The notes beneath the pieces were generated by a model, which did not search any database, had not been told where the DNA came from, and worked only from the letters and a program-made list of their open reading frames with translations. From NCBI GenBank assembly GCA_036229005.1, contig JAZAMN010000043.1, positions 64,001-128,000 on the forward strand: DNA of 64,000 bases, read 5' to 3'. This document shows positions 8,533 through 18,033 of the stretch, one piece after another; within the stretch, counting starts at the first letter, position 1, and every line of letters starts with the position of its first letter. Position numbers and translations under genes: made by a program. The stretch is from Myxococcota bacterium. Lineage in GTDB: Bacteria > Myxococcota_A > UBA796 > CAJQPC01.

Positions 8533-9450
8533 TCAGCCCTTGGCCTCCTTCTGGGCGGCCTCCAGCGCGCTGTGCTCGTGCTCGGCGCGGATGGTGAGGG
8601 TGTTGATGGTCGACTGGATGTCGGCCAGCTTGCGGTGCAGCTCGTGCAGGTCCTGGGCCAGGGACTGGCGGCCTTCGTTCTGGGCCTTGAGCAGCTCCTC
8701 GGCCTCGGCGGCGGCCTCGTCCATGCCGTTCATGATGACGCCGATGAACAGGTTCAGGATGACCATGGTGCCGGCGAGCACGAAGCTGCAGAAGAACGCG
8801 GCGCTCAGCAGGGGCTGGGCCTGGGGGGCGGTGCACAGGGCTTCGTTGCCGTCGTAGCCGTAGTTGTCGCAGCCGTACATGTTGATGTACATGATGTCGG
8901 TCCAGTCCTCCAGGGTGACGACCCGGAAGAGGCTGAGCATGGACATCTGCAGGTTCTCGAAGTGGATGGGGTCGTTCTCCGAGAACATGAAGGTCGCGGT
9001 GACCGCGTACAGGTAGAACAGCAGACCCAGCAGCATGCTCACGTAGACCATCGACGGGATGGACTTGAGCAGCGCGCCGACCAGGATCTGCAGCTTGGGC
9101 AGGGCGGTGACTAGCTTGAGCACACGCAGCACGCGCAGCAGGCGGAGCACGGTGACGAAGGAGCCGCCGAAGGGCAGCAGGCAGAGCGCGACGATCAGGA
9201 AGTCGAACACGTTCCAGGGGTCCAGGAAGTAGCGCCAGGGCTTGGAGCCCTCCGCGCCCATCTTCACGACGATCTCGATGATGAAGATGCCCAGGATGAT
9301 CTGGTTCATCCAGTGGAGCTGGGTCTCCCAGGCGGTGGCCAGGGAGTGGTAGGTCTCCACGCCGACCACCACGCCAGCCAGCAGGATGACGGCGGTGATG
9401 AAGTTCTGGAACGCGGAGCTGTCCGCCAGCTTCTTGAATTTCTCGGTCAC
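8533..9450 (-). CDS. Bacterial voltage-gated cation channel (BacNav/AnclNav-like ion transporter)
   Basis: 6-TM profile, DPWNVFDF, S4 sensor LRLLRVLRVLK, selectivity filter TLEDWTD, S6 NLFIGVI and a C-terminal coiled coil. Confidence 0.93.
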   Translation of the reverse strand: MTEKFKKLADSSAFQNFITAVILLAGVVVGVETYHSLATAWETQLHWMNQIILGIFIIEIVVKMGAEGSKPWRYFLDPWNVFDFLIVALCLLPFGGSFVTVLRLLRVLRVLKLVTALPKLQILVGALLKSIPSMVYVSMLLGLLFYLYAVTATFMFSENDPIHFENLQMSMLSLFRVVTLEDWTDIMYINMYGCDNYGYDGNEALCTAPQAQPLLSAAFFCSFVLAGTMVILNLFIGVIMNGMDEAAAEAEELLKAQNEGRQSLAQDLHELHRKLADIQSTINTLTIRAEHEHSALEAAQKEAKG

Positions 9451-9597
9451 GGCTCTCTCTCGGAGTTGGGGTGGGCGCCCAAAGGCGGTCTCGGCGCCCT
9501 GAACGGGGCTGTGGCGGCCGCACTTACACCCACCGCGGCGCCCCCCGCAAGCGAAAGAGCAAGGTGGCCCCGGACTGTTTCAGGATCCGAGGGCCGC

Positions 9598-10395
9598 TCA
9601 GTCGGGCGTATGCACCGGCCTGCTCTGGTCCCGCGCGCTCGGACCCGGGCCGAAGGCGCAGCGCACGCCCATCCCGGAGTAGTAGAACCCCGGAGCGTGG
9701 AAGGCCCGGTTGTAGACGGTCAGAGGCTCGTCGCTGCCGACTCCGCCCCCGCGCAGGGCCTTGAACTCCGAGTCCACAAAGGTGGCCCCGCCGTGGGTGG
9801 GGTGGTCCCGGTAGTTGTCGCGGTAGCTGTCCAGAGTCCATTCGTAGGCGTTGCCCGCCATGTCGCAGAGCCCCTGCTCCGTGTTCCCCGCTGGCCTGGA
9901 GCACACCGGCAGCGTGCGCTCGGGCTCACAGCCCTTGTAGTGGGCGCGCTCACAGCTCGGCTCGGCGTCCCCCCAGGGGTAGGGGCCCCGCTGTCCCCGG
10001 GAGCGCGCCGCGTACTCCCACTCGGACTCGGTCGGCAGCCGCCCCCCCAGCCAGCGGCAGTAGTCCTGCGCCATGGGCCAGCTCAGGCAGTTCATGGGGT
10101 GGTCGCCGCGCTCTTCGCGGGCCAGCCAGTTGCAGCGGCTGGGGACCTTGTCCGGGGGGAGGGGCTCGCAGGCGCCGTCCTGGACGCAGGCCGCGTACTC
10201 GTCCACCGTCGTCTCGGTGCGCCGCATCCAGAAGGTGGGCAGCGCGATCTCGTGCGGAGGGGAGGCGCGGTCATCGTCCGCATCGCCGATCCGGTATTCA
10301 CCGCCTCGCAGCTTGACCCACCCATCACGCAGACGGGTCTCGGCCGCAGGCGAGGAACTGCAAGCGATAACCAGAGCCAGGAGTTGGATTCCCAC
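9598..10395 (-). CDS. Formylglycine-generating enzyme (SUMF1/FGE-sulfatase) domain lipoprotein
   Basis: TETTV, HPMNCLSW..A..YC.W.GGRLPTESEWEYAAR, GLCDMAGNAYEW and GVRCA. Start (GTG 10395) is uncertain. Confidence 0.88.
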   Translation of the reverse strand: MGIQLLALVIACSSSPAAETRLRDGWVKLRGGEYRIGDADDDRASPPHEIALPTFWMRRTETTVDEYAACVQDGACEPLPPDKVPSRCNWLAREERGDHPMNCLSWPMAQDYCRWLGGRLPTESEWEYAARSRGQRGPYPWGDAEPSCERAHYKGCEPERTLPVCSRPAGNTEQGLCDMAGNAYEWTLDSYRDNYRDHPTHGGATFVDSEFKALRGGGVGSDEPLTVYNRAFHAPGFYYSGMGVRCAFGPGPSARDQSRPVHTPD

Positions 10396-10474
10396 ACCCC
10401 TTTGGTGTCGCGCTGCCCAAGTCCTGCCAAGCTCTTGACATGCACCTGACAATCAGCCCTTAACCTTCGCTGCC

Positions 10475-11128
10475 GTGGCCTCCCCCGATCCACAAAGCGG
10501 AGCCCCGCCCGGAGTGATGACCGTGTCCTACCAGAACATCCTGGAGCGCATCTTCGATGCCGTCGATCAGGAGGCCTACCTGACCCCGATGCACCGCATC
10601 CAGGGGCCGGAGGCGCAGGCGCTGGCCGTCTTCAAGGCCGCCATCGGCGAGCCCGACTGGGAGCCCGAGCAGCTCCGCGCCCTGGTCGGCCGCCTGCACG
10701 AGGAGGGCCGCCTGCGCAGCACCACCCGCTTCTCGCTGCTGCACATCATCGCCGCCCACCCCAGGGTGGGGAACTTCGCCGAGGCCGCCCGCATGGTGGG
10801 GGAGCAGGAGCTGGCCGCCCTGGACGAGGGCGGGCCCCTGATGGACGCGGACCTGGCGAGCGTGGATCGCCACCGGGGTGTCCTCGCCTTCCTCAAGGGC
10901 CACTACGAGGTGGCGCTGGACTACTTTTCCCGGGCGTTGGACCGAGAGCGCTCCGCAGAGAACCTCAGCAACATCCTCTGCACCCTGATCCGGCTCCGCG
11001 AGCTCCCCGAAGCCGAGAACCTGCTGGCCCAGATCCGCGCCAGCTACCCCGAGACCCTGGTGGATGAGCTGGACGGCATCATCCGCCGCGACCCCGACCT
11101 TGCCCTCCTGCGCACGGAGACCCCATGA
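10475..11128 (+). CDS. TPR-containing protein
   Basis: RGVLAFLKGHYEVALDYFSRALD and NILCTLIRLRELPEAENLL are TPR-like helices; strong GC3 codon bias. Confidence 0.7.
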   Translation: MASPDPQSGAPPGVMTVSYQNILERIFDAVDQEAYLTPMHRIQGPEAQALAVFKAAIGEPDWEPEQLRALVGRLHEEGRLRSTTRFSLLHIIAAHPRVGNFAEAARMVGEQELAALDEGGPLMDADLASVDRHRGVLAFLKGHYEVALDYFSRALDRERSAENLSNILCTLIRLRELPEAENLLAQIRASYPETLVDELDGIIRRDPDLALLRTETP

Positions 11129-11325
11129 CCCTGCAAGCCTTCTTCTTCTGGATCGCGTCGATCTTCCCTGGCGGCCCCACCTCGGAGCGCTGCGAGCAGC
11201 CTCAGGTGGAGCTGTGCCCGGTCTCGGCGCCCGTCGAGGTGGAGCAGCAGAAGGAGAAGGAGGCCGGCGGCTTCTGGAGTTGGGTGCTGGGGAACACCCG
11301 GCAGGGCATCAGCAACGGAGTCTGA
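11125..11325 (+). CDS. Small hypothetical protein (66 aa)
   Basis: ATGA overlap with the upstream stop, ends 1 nt before the sigma gene, typical codon bias. Confidence 0.6.
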   Translation: MTLQAFFFWIASIFPGGPTSERCEQPQVELCPVSAPVEVEQQKEKEAGGFWSWVLGNTRQGISNGV

Positions 11326-11326
11326 G

Positions 11327-11938
11327 ATGACGGGACTGCAAGACCAGCTCCGGGCTCTCCTCTCCGACAGGAACACCCCCGAGACCCGGGCTTTCTTCGA
11401 GAAGCTGCTTGGCTACATCGACCGGCGCGCACGCACCCTCTGGCGCACCCGCTACCCCGACCTGCTGCAGGAGTCGCAGGTCGAGGAGGTCGTCGGCGAG
11501 GTCCTCAAGCGCCTGGTCACCGGCGCGCTGGCCTCCTTCCGTGGCGAGAGCCTGGGCGAGCTGATGGCCTTCGTGCGCACCGTCACCGACCGGGCCGTCT
11601 GGCGCTGCGCGCAGCGCGTGATCCGTGAGCGGGACCTGCTGGAGGGGCCCGCCCTGGAGGAGGCCGAGAGCTGGTTCTCCCACAGCGGACCGGACCTGGA
11701 GAGCTTCGAGCACGTGCCCGAGGTGCCCCTGAACGACCAGGACCAGGGCTTCCTGGTGGCGCTGCTGGAGGCCGAATCCAAGGTCGAGTACAGCCGGCGG
11801 CACGGGGTCTCCCGGGCGGCGGTCACCCAGCGCGTGCAGCGCATCCGCAAGCGGATCTCGGCCATGCCCCAGGACGACCAGAGCGCGGTGGACGCGTGGC
11901 TGCACATCCAGGCGCGCAGGCACCTGGCCCAGAGCTGA
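11327..11938 (+). CDS. ECF-like sigma-70 family factor (divergent)
   Basis: Region 2-like VEEVVGEVLKRL..FRGES...AFVRTV; region 4 HTH SRRHGVSRAAVTQRVQRIRKRI. Confidence 0.7.
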   Translation: MTGLQDQLRALLSDRNTPETRAFFEKLLGYIDRRARTLWRTRYPDLLQESQVEEVVGEVLKRLVTGALASFRGESLGELMAFVRTVTDRAVWRCAQRVIRERDLLEGPALEEAESWFSHSGPDLESFEHVPEVPLNDQDQGFLVALLEAESKVEYSRRHGVSRAAVTQRVQRIRKRISAMPQDDQSAVDAWLHIQARRHLAQS

Positions 11939-11941
11939 GCT

Positions 11942-11967
11942 CGGTCCCACCGTGGGGGGGGGACCGC
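11942..11967 (+). terminator. GC hairpin downstream of the sigma gene
   Basis: CGGTCCC...GGGACCG stem right after the stop; no U-tract. Confidence 0.35.
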
Positions 11968-12039
11968 GACATCCCTGCCCCTCTTTGCTCCCGCTCCGCG
12001 CCCGATTAGCCTGCGGGCAGGGCAGATATGGGAGTCGAG

Positions 12040-13083
12040 ATGCTTGGATTCGCTTTGATGCTGGGGGCCGCTCCGGCCTACCCCTGCGCCAACCTGGTCA
12101 CCACGGAAGGCGAGCTCGCCACCTCCGACACCCAGGAGGTCCTCTTCGAGAAGGAGGGGGAGGCCTCGGTGGTCGAATACCGGGTGGCCTACCAAGGGGA
12201 CGCCGCGGACTTTGGCTGGATCATCGCGCTGGATGGCGAGTTCGAGGCGCTGGTGGACGGCGACGTCGCCCGCTTCGACACCCTGCGCGAGGCCAGCGAT
12301 CCCCAGGTCACCTACTGGGAGGACGACACCAGCGACTCCGGTCCCTCCTTGGGGTGCCGTTCCAAGGCCGGCGGCACCGACCGGGTCAACAGCCTCTCGG
12401 ACACGGGCAGCGGGAGCTGGGAGGTGGTCGCCGAGGGCTTCTCCGGCACCTACGCCTACACCGTCATCCAGGCCGACGACCCCGCGGGCCTCTCCGAGTG
12501 GCTGACCGAGGCCGGCTTCGACGCCAGCGCCTCCCAGGACACCCTGGACACCTACCTCCAGGAGGGCGCCCAGATGGTCCTGGTGCGCGTGAACCCCGAC
12601 TCCGCCGAGACCCCCAGCGAGGGCGCCGAGCTGCCCCCCGTGCGCATCACCTACGCCGGTGAGTTCAGCTTCCCCGCGCGCATGGCCCGCGAGTCCTCCG
12701 CGACCGAGATGGCCACCACCGTCTACGTGCTCGGCGAGCAGCGCGCTCAGGTCAGCGGCTGGGCCCAGACCGACGTGGACTACCTGGACGGGAGCGACGT
12801 CAGCGCCGAGCAGCTCTGGTACACCAGCCTGCTCGCCCTGGGCCTGAACAAGGGCTACGGCCGCGTCTACGCCGGCGAGTACGAGGGCGCCTTCCTCACC
12901 CGCTTCGAGACCCGCGCTCCTACCGACGTGCACGACGTGGACCCCGTGTTCACCGTGGACGACGGCGACCAGGCCTTCCGCGCCAGCATCGACATCTGGG
13001 GCGCCGCGCCCAGCTCCGAGGGCTGGATGCTCCTGCCGCTGCTGGGCCTGGGCCTGGGCCTGATGCGTCGTCGCCGCGCCTGA
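12040..13083 (+). CDS. DUF2330-like exported protein with C-terminal membrane anchor (CTERM-type sorting signal)
   Basis: Signal followed by a Cys, YQGDAADFGWII, YAYTVIQA...L..WL...GF and FPARM; C-terminus WMLLPLLGLGLGLMRRRRA. Confidence 0.7.
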   Translation: MLGFALMLGAAPAYPCANLVTTEGELATSDTQEVLFEKEGEASVVEYRVAYQGDAADFGWIIALDGEFEALVDGDVARFDTLREASDPQVTYWEDDTSDSGPSLGCRSKAGGTDRVNSLSDTGSGSWEVVAEGFSGTYAYTVIQADDPAGLSEWLTEAGFDASASQDTLDTYLQEGAQMVLVRVNPDSAETPSEGAELPPVRITYAGEFSFPARMARESSATEMATTVYVLGEQRAQVSGWAQTDVDYLDGSDVSAEQLWYTSLLALGLNKGYGRVYAGEYEGAFLTRFETRAPTDVHDVDPVFTVDDGDQAFRASIDIWGAAPSSEGWMLLPLLGLGLGLMRRRRA

Positions 13084-13095
13084 TAGCTTCGGGGC

Positions 13096-14520
13096 GTGCG
13101 CGCCCCCCCGCCCCCCGGTCTGTGCTTGCCCGCCCTGGGCCTCTTCGCCCTGGGCCTGCTGATCCACGGCCTCTGGGCCCTGTCCATCCCCGTCCCGGTG
13201 GACTGGGATCCCGCCTACTACCGGGAAATCGCCGGCAACATCGCCGCCGGGGAGGGCGCCGTCACCCACGCCGGCGTGCTCTGGGGCCTGGCCGAGCTGG
13301 GCCTCCCGCAGCCCGCCGACCTTCACTGGAGCCCGCTGCCCTCCCGCGTGCTCGTCCCTGGCCTCTGGCTCTGGCCGGCCCACGGCGATCAGCTCGTCAG
13401 CGTGGTCCTGGGCGCGCTCTGGGCCCCCCTGGCCTGGGTCATCGCCCGCAGCCTGAAGGCCTCCCCCCGATCCGCCCTCCTGGCCGGCCTCATCGGCGCC
13501 ACGGGTCTGGGCTACGCCCGCTTCCTGAGCACCCCCGACTCCATCGCCCTGGCCGGCGTCTGCGGGGGCCTGCTCACCTGGGGCCTGGCCTCCCGGCGCT
13601 GGTGGCTCGCCGCGATGGGGGCTGCGTTGCTGGCGCTCACCCGAGGCGAGGGCTTCCTGGTCGCTGGCCTCGCCGGGGTGGCGCTCTTGAGCCGGCGTGA
13701 GCTGCGCGGCGCCCTGATGGTCGGCGGCGCCGGGATCCTGAGCTGGGGGGCCTGGCAGGCTCGGTGTGTCCTCGTTGGCGGGGAGATCTGGCTCAGCCAG
13801 CGCGCGCAGGTCGCAGTCCAGGTGGACTACCTGGCGTTCGTGCGGGCCGAGTCCTCTTCCTCCTCCCTCCTTGAGCGGCTGGGTTTCGTGGTGGGGGAGC
13901 TGCCCGAGGCTGCCCTGATCATCCTCCTGGCCTCTGCGGTGCTCGGACTCCCCCTGGCCGGGGGGGCCTCCCGCCAACGAGGACAGGCTGCCTGGATCCG
14001 CGCCTTCTGGCTGACGCTGTTCGCGCTGCCGGTGCTGGTGTTGGGCCTCGCGCCCGCGGTGGCGGCCTCCGGCTCGGTGTTCCGCAGCCTGGCCTGCCTG
14101 GCCCCCGCGATGGCGGCGCTGATGGGCGTGGGCCTGGAGCGGGCGGCAGAGTGGGGGAGCGCCCGGCGCGGCTACCCGCCGGCCTTCGTGTTCACGCTGG
14201 GGCTGCTCGGGGTGGGGGGCCTCTCGCTGGGGGTGGGGTGGAGCACCCTCAAAGCGCGGCCCTCCAGGGCTCTGTCTTGCCCCGAGCTGAAGGGCCCGGT
14301 GCTGGCCTCCGATCCGCTGTCCCTGGCGGACCGCTGCGGCGTGGACGCCTGGCTGCTCCCGGGGGGCGCGCAGCCCGATGCCGTGCGGGATCTCGTCCGG
14401 TCCCAGGGCATCTCCGAGGCGGTGATCCGGGAAGGGGATGGCCTGGCCATGGACCCCGAGCAGGCCGCGGCGCTGTTGGGCTGGACGCTGGATCCCCAGG
14501 GGGTCCTCCGCTCTGATTGA
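13096..14520 (+). CDS. Polytopic membrane protein, GT-C/PMT-like glycosyltransferase
   Basis: WDPAYY after the first TM, HWSPLPS, TPDS, LALTRGEG and multiple TM helices. Confidence 0.6.
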   Translation: MRAPPPPGLCLPALGLFALGLLIHGLWALSIPVPVDWDPAYYREIAGNIAAGEGAVTHAGVLWGLAELGLPQPADLHWSPLPSRVLVPGLWLWPAHGDQLVSVVLGALWAPLAWVIARSLKASPRSALLAGLIGATGLGYARFLSTPDSIALAGVCGGLLTWGLASRRWWLAAMGAALLALTRGEGFLVAGLAGVALLSRRELRGALMVGGAGILSWGAWQARCVLVGGEIWLSQRAQVAVQVDYLAFVRAESSSSSLLERLGFVVGELPEAALIILLASAVLGLPLAGGASRQRGQAAWIRAFWLTLFALPVLVLGLAPAVAASGSVFRSLACLAPAMAALMGVGLERAAEWGSARRGYPPAFVFTLGLLGVGGLSLGVGWSTLKARPSRALSCPELKGPVLASDPLSLADRCGVDAWLLPGGAQPDAVRDLVRSQGISEAVIREGDGLAMDPEQAAALLGWTLDPQGVLRSD

Positions 14521-14675
14521 CACAATGTCAGGCCCCCAGGGGGCGCTGATTTGAAGGCTGACACCCTGTCCCCTTTGGCCGAATCGCCCCAGCCTGTGGG
14601 CCTTGTTGGGGTGGCCCGATGCTTGCAGGACGGGGGCTGAGAGCCCCCCTGTGGGCATGGAGACTGGCAAAAGCC

Positions 14676-15632
14676 ATGCGAGAGCATCTTTCCGACAAGC
14701 GGGTCTGGATCGGAGCCGGGGTCATCGCCCTCGCGTCCTTTGCAGCCGCCGCTGGCCTGAACCTGGTGGTGATCAAGCCCAAGCTTGCCCTCCCGGACGA
14801 CGCCGAGCTCCCCAGCGTGGGGGAGTTCGTCGCGGACGCGGGGTCGGATGGGCCGGACATCGAGGACGGCGGGCGCGCCCCCGCGCCGCGGCCCCGAGCC
14901 ACCAGCGAGAGCCGCTTTCTGGACATCATCGTCAAGGGCAACATCTTCGACAGCTCCAAGGTCGGGCAGGAGCCCGAGGCCGAGCTGATCGACGATGGCA
15001 GCGGTCGCAAGACCAAGCTGGACCTGGTCCTCATCGCCACCATGGTGGCCGAGCCCGCGCAGTTCTCCTCTGCCCTGATCTCAGGAAAGGGCAAGGACGA
15101 CCGGGCCTTTGGTTATGGCGTCGAAGACGAGATCATGGGCGCCACCATCCTGGAGATCCAGCAGAAGGCGGTCAAGCTCGAGGTCAACGGCGAGGTCGAG
15201 TGGCTCTACATGGACCCGGGTGCCGTCAAGGAGCCCAAGGCGGCCACGGCCTCCAATGACCGCAGCCTGCTCCGGGACGACGACGCCGAGGACGGCATCA
15301 CCGAGTCCGGCGGCAAGATCATCGTCGAGCGCCGGGTCGTGGACGAGGCCCTGGCCAACGTCGAGACCCTGGCCACCAAGATGCGGGTCGTGCCCCACAA
15401 GGGCGCCGACGGCCAGATCGACGGCTACCGCCTGAGCGCAATCCGCCGCGGCAGCCTCTTCGACAAGCTGGGCATCAAGAACGGGGACGTCGTGCACGGC
15501 GTCAACGGCATGCCCCTCACCAGCACCGACGGTGCCTTCCAAGCCTTCCAGACGCTGCAGAGCGAGAGCGCCTTCACCTTCGAGGTGACCCGCCGCAACC
15601 AGCGCCAGACCTTTGAGTACGAGGTCCGCTGA
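14676..15632 (+). CDS. gspC: Type II secretion protein C (PDZ-containing)
   Basis: N-terminal TM, NIFDS, C-terminal PDZ (GYRLSAIRRGSLFDKLGIKNGDVVHGVNG); lies upstream of the secretin. Confidence 0.88.
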   Translation: MREHLSDKRVWIGAGVIALASFAAAAGLNLVVIKPKLALPDDAELPSVGEFVADAGSDGPDIEDGGRAPAPRPRATSESRFLDIIVKGNIFDSSKVGQEPEAELIDDGSGRKTKLDLVLIATMVAEPAQFSSALISGKGKDDRAFGYGVEDEIMGATILEIQQKAVKLEVNGEVEWLYMDPGAVKEPKAATASNDRSLLRDDDAEDGITESGGKIIVERRVVDEALANVETLATKMRVVPHKGADGQIDGYRLSAIRRGSLFDKLGIKNGDVVHGVNGMPLTSTDGAFQAFQTLQSESAFTFEVTRRNQRQTFEYEVR

Positions 15633-15666
15633 GCCCCTGGCTCAGGACCCCCGCAGGAGCAGAACC

Positions 15667-18033
15667 TTGCAGAACCTCTCGCAGATTTCCCGTCGCTTGG
15701 GCCTGGGTGCCTTCCTGGCGCTCACCGGTCTGGCCCTCCCCGGGGCCGCCTTCGCCCAGGACAAGGACCTGGACGACTCCCGGAACAAGCCCCCGTGCGC
15801 GACGCCGGCCACGGTGACCCTGGACTACGTCGAGTACGACGTCCAGGAGCTGGTCAAGTACATGGCCGAGACCTCCTGCCGGAACCTGATCCTGGGCGGT
15901 GACGAGCTCAAGGGCAAGGTCACCATCATCAGCCACAAGCCGGTGCCCTACTGGAGCGCCTTCGCGGCCATGGAGTCCGCGCTGGCCACCGCCGGCTACA
16001 CCATGGTCGAGGTCGGCGGGACCTACAAGGTGCTCCCCACCAGCGAGGCCGCGCAGGCCCCCGTGGCCGTGTACGAGGGCACCACCATCCCGGCCACGGA
16101 CCGGGTGGTCACCCAGATCTTCCAGCTCGACAACGTGCAGGTCTCGGACATCTCCTCCATCGCCAAGGAGATGGCCGGCCCCAAGGCCAAGATCATCGCC
16201 TACGTGCCCACCAACACGCTGATCGTGACCGACTCGGCCTACAACATCCGCCGCATGTGGAAGGTGGTCGGCCAGCTCGACGTCGAGGCGCCCAAGTCCG
16301 AGATCCACGTCGTCCAGATCAAGAACGCCACCGCGAGCGAGATCAAGACGCTGATCGAGACCATCTACGGCACCTCCGAGAACGAGAGCAGCAGCAGCAC
16401 CACCACCAGCAGCAGCACCAGCAACTCGGCCGCTGCTCGCCGTCGCCGCCGCCGGAACCGGGACGCCGCCGCCGCCGCCTCCACCGAGGCCTCCGCCTCC
16501 AACGTGGGCAAGCAGGGCAGCTACATCGAGAAGATCGTCGCGGACGACCGCACCAACCGCCTGATCATCCTGGCCAACGACGCGGCCATGGAGAAGGTGC
16601 AGGAGCTGATCGACGAGCTCGACGCCGACGTGGACCCCGCCAACCGGGCCAAGATCCACGTGGTCTACCTGGAGCACGCCAAGGCCGAGGACGTCGCCTC
16701 CACCCTGGCCGCCCTCTCCCAGGGCAGCAGCAACAACGCCACCACCCGGCGCACCACCCAGACCGCCCGGAACGGCCGCACCATCCCGCAGCCCGACGCC
16801 GCGGCCGAGGGCAGCCCCAGCGTCACCGCCCTGCTGGACGACGACGTCCGCATCACCGCGGATGAGAACACCAACAGCCTGGTGATCGTGGCCTCCCCCG
16901 AGGCCTTCCGCATCCTCAAGAACGTCATCGACCAGCTCGACATCCGCCGCAAGCAGGTGTTCGTCGAGGTCGTCATCATGGAGATGGCCACCGACGACAG
17001 CACCGACCTGGGCCTGAGCTACCACACCGGCATCCCCGGGGACTCCGCGACCACCGTCCTGTCCTCGCAGATGGGGCCCAGCTCGCTGGGTGTGAGCACG
17101 GACCTGCTGTCCGGCGTTGCGATGGGCGTGTTCGGCGACACCATCCCCGTCACCGTCGACGGAACCAGCGTGGATCTGCCCGCCTTCGGTGTGGTCGTGA
17201 ACGCCCTGCAGGCCAACTCGCAGGTCAACATCCTCTCCACGCCCAACATCATGACCCTGGACAACGAGGAGGCGGAGATCGTCGTCGGTCGCAACGTGCC
17301 CTTCCCCACCTCCCAGGGCCGCGACTCGAACAACAACCCCATCATCTCGTTCACCCGCGAGGACGTGGCCATCACGCTGCGCGTGACCCCCCAGATCAAC
17401 GAGTCCGACTACGTCACCCTCGAGGTCTACCAGGAGGTCACCGAGATCGAGGACAGCGCGTCTTCGTCCAGCTCCGACGTCACCCTGTCGGGCGGCCCCA
17501 CGACCTCCAAGCGCACGGCCGAGACCACCGTGCTGGTCCGGGACAACCAGACCGTGGTGATCGGCGGACTGATGTCCTCGACGGACTCCGAGATCGAGAC
17601 CAAGGTGCCGCTGCTGGGCGACCTGCCCCTGATCGGTGTGCTCTTCCGTTCGACCTCCAAGAGCTCCCGCAAGACCAACCTGCTGATCTTCCTGACCCCC
17701 CACGTGATCGACGATCCCGGGGATCTGGAGGAGGTCTACCGGGTCAAGGTGGCCCAGCGCGAGGAGTTCCTGCGCCGCTTCTACGGCAAGTCCGAGCTGG
17801 AGCAGGCCCAGGCCCTGGACGAGCTGCTCTCCTACTCGATGAACATCATCGATGACCCCAGCGGGCCCCGCTACTCGGCCACCTTCACCGACGAGGACGG
17901 CACCGAGACCTACGTGAACGGCGGCGCGGAGGGCGAGGAGGCCGATGCGGCCCAGGACACCGAGATGCGCACCGCCGGGGACCCCATCCCCCCCGCTGAT
18001 GTCGACCCTGACGCCCAGCCCGAGGACCTCTGA
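15667..18033 (+). CDS. gspD: Type II secretion secretin D
   Basis: N0-N3 domains, LDIRRKQVFVEVVIME, NILSTPNIMTLDNEEA, KVPLLGDLPLIGVLFR and NLLIFLTPHVI. TTG start after an AGGAG. Confidence 0.95.
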   Translation: MQNLSQISRRLGLGAFLALTGLALPGAAFAQDKDLDDSRNKPPCATPATVTLDYVEYDVQELVKYMAETSCRNLILGGDELKGKVTIISHKPVPYWSAFAAMESALATAGYTMVEVGGTYKVLPTSEAAQAPVAVYEGTTIPATDRVVTQIFQLDNVQVSDISSIAKEMAGPKAKIIAYVPTNTLIVTDSAYNIRRMWKVVGQLDVEAPKSEIHVVQIKNATASEIKTLIETIYGTSENESSSSTTTSSSTSNSAAARRRRRRNRDAAAAASTEASASNVGKQGSYIEKIVADDRTNRLIILANDAAMEKVQELIDELDADVDPANRAKIHVVYLEHAKAEDVASTLAALSQGSSNNATTRRTTQTARNGRTIPQPDAAAEGSPSVTALLDDDVRITADENTNSLVIVASPEAFRILKNVIDQLDIRRKQVFVEVVIMEMATDDSTDLGLSYHTGIPGDSATTVLSSQMGPSSLGVSTDLLSGVAMGVFGDTIPVTVDGTSVDLPAFGVVVNALQANSQVNILSTPNIMTLDNEEAEIVVGRNVPFPTSQGRDSNNNPIISFTREDVAITLRVTPQINESDYVTLEVYQEVTEIEDSASSSSSDVTLSGGPTTSKRTAETTVLVRDNQTVVIGGLMSSTDSEIETKVPLLGDLPLIGVLFRSTSKSSRKTNLLIFLTPHVIDDPGDLEEVYRVKVAQREEFLRRFYGKSELEQAQALDELLSYSMNIIDDPSGPRYSATFTDEDGTETYVNGGAEGEEADAAQDTEMRTAGDPIPPADVDPDAQPEDL

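Noticed and set aside
6773..8597. The many short ORFs across the repeat region
   Set aside because: Low-complexity Arg/Gly/Pro translations of GC-rich repeats, with no consistent codon bias or start signals.
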